NCBI RefSeq assembly: GCF_025526975.1
Contig: NW_026515670.1
Location: 992,001 to 1,056,000 of the forward strand
Length of the DNA: 64,000 nucleotides
Reading direction: 5' to 3'
From: Fimicolochytrium jonesii
Taxonomy: Eukaryota
Shown: positions 62,277 to 64,000 of the stretch, piece by piece
How positions within the stretch are numbered: the stretch's first letter is position 1
Layout of the letters: the number at the start of each line of letters is the position of its first letter
The notes under the pieces: generated by a model
Told to the model about the DNA's origin: nothing
The model's database searches: none
Seen by the model: only the letters and a program-made list of their open reading frames with translations
Made by a program: the position numbers and the translations under genes

Positions 62277-63468
62277 TCATATTTTGATTTCGCTTATCCC
62301 TTCCGCTTCCAAGACGGAGTCTAATATCCGCGACAGGCGGGTTTGCGATGGAGACCGACTAACGGGCGATGGTCCTGCTGTCAAAAACGTCCCAGTACCG
62401 CTCGACGACGAGGATGTCAGCGAGCGCGGTGATGGTGGGTGAAGAGGTGGGGAAGATGGTCTGAACAGTGGTGCCTTATGCTGCTGTGCGAAGTACACCC
62501 GTCGTAGGTGGTACTTGACGACTCGTATCAGCAGGTCTGGGTTGAGCGGTTTCCCGACCACCGAGTCCATGCCTATCGAGAGGTAGTGTTTGCGGTGATG
62601 CGCCTGCGCGTTGGTTGTGCATGCGATGATGGGTATACCCACGTTTGAAGGCAGGACGGCTTCGTGGGTGAGGTCGGCATTGGATGGGATGTGGTGGAGG
62701 GTGACGGCTGAGGACTCCCGTACGAGATCGGGCTCGGTTTCGCTGTCGTCGCAGTGGTAGATTGGGTATTCGACGCGTTGTGGTTCGGTGGATGGAGGTG
62801 TTACGGGTGATGGTAGGCCTTTCCGTATCCGGACCGTTGCCTCCATGCCGTCCATAATGGGCATCTCAATGTCGAGAAGGATCTACAAGGGGAAGGTGAT
62901 AGGTCAGGGGTAGTGTTCTGAGCGATCATCCAATGCCATTGTTTTCCGAATACATACTGTGTCATATTGAGTGTGTGCCAAGGCATCGATGAGCGTTTTA
63001 CCATTCTCGAATATATCTTCTTCTTGGACTACGATCCCCAACAATCGTTTTAGGTGCTTGCATATTATCTTGGAGTTCTGATGAAAGGAAGAATGCACAG
63101 TATGAGCTACAAGATCTCCAAATCTGCCCGCGCGTTCACCCTTCCAGATCAACAAACAATGTACCCACGATGAAATTGTCATCAACAACAGCCACTCGGA
63201 AGGAGCTCCAATCGAGATCTTCTGCGTCCTGCCCATCGAGCACAGACAGCTCTGGCGAACTATCGCCCCCGTCGCTCGGAGAAGGCGTGCAGATCCCAAA
63301 CGGCCCACGATGATTGCCCACAGGCGTCTGGGGAGCCAGACTCTCGAAGTCCTCCTCGGACACCAAAGTGAGCTGTCGTGACCTAGCAAAGTAGTCGACG
63401 GTGTGATCGGGTGCTGCCTTCTCGGCAGGTATAATGCAGTTCTCAACGATGCTGTGGAATCCCGTCAT
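62277..63468 (-). CDS. Stand-alone response regulator (receiver domain) protein
   Basis: VAVVDDNFI|NSKII, YDT|ILLDIEMPIMDGMEAT, IPIIACTTNA and GMDSVVGKP. Two introns. No histidine kinase domain seen. Confidence 0.87.
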
Positions 63469-64000
63469 GCTCGAGGTGGATAGGTGCAGCCTTCGGGCGG
63501 CGAACGCAGTGGAGTAGATCGCTGGGTTGCAACCCAGTAGAGCGGAAACTACGTCCGCCTTTTTAGCGCGTCCAATTTTACACTTTCGACCGCGGACAGC
63601 ACACGACCGCTTCGGGTTATATCGCAAGCCGCTTTCAGAGTCCGAGTCGATTGTTCCTCGGGGGCGGGGTTGGGTTCTGGGTTTATGAATAGTGTTGATC
63701 TAGCTGTTTTTCGTACGGATAACCGAAAGTAGGGTCTGTTTCGGTAAGGGGTGTCCGAACGAGGACCTGAATTTGGCAGGGAAACAGGCGTAAACGCCTT
63801 TGCGTTCCAGGCCGTGGGAGGTGGCTTGTGGTTGAATCCAGAAACTGTGCGAACCGGCGTAGAACAGCCGAGGACGGTGAGGAAGGTTCAGGCGGGGCAG
63901 CTTATGTTGAACACTGGTTTGTGCTAGGCCCGGTTCGGCGTAGTATGACAGGCAGTAGGTTCAGCAAGGGTGGTCCGTCCGTCGTTGAGGAATGGCGGGC

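Overview
Gene-dense eukaryotic DNA with short GT-AG introns (mostly about 50-110 nt). It most likely comes from a zoosporic fungus (chytrid), because fungal-type genes sit beside the axonemal gene EFHC1/Rib72. I reconstructed the spliced genes by hand. In order: EFHC1/Rib72 (5' part), TRP-like FLC/Pkd2 membrane protein, glycogenin, PAS-kinase-like kinase, CPSF1/Cft1, LURP-one-like protein, CH-DH-PH-WW-WW RhoGEF, vasculin-motif protein, ERG4/ERG24-family sterol reductase (GC-AG first intron), TBC protein lacking both catalytic fingers, CFEM-like GPI protein, Sec61 alpha, a 37-aa secreted peptide gene hidden by an intron, His-rich SAM methyltransferase, second PASK-like kinase, actin, malate synthase, Gfd2/QIP-like DEDDh exonuclease and a stand-alone response regulator. 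The 38.4-44.3 kb stretch is gene-poor and holds an orphan 466-codon ORF, a frameshifted gene relic and a small orphan ORF. I recognised no rRNA, tRNA, CRISPR array or intact transposon. The most interesting candidates are the micro-peptide gene (48715-48906) next to the His-repeat methyltransferase, a possible intronic poly(A) autoregulatory element in CPSF1 intron 1, and the pseudo-RabGAP. All family assignments come from motif recognition by eye; no database search was run.
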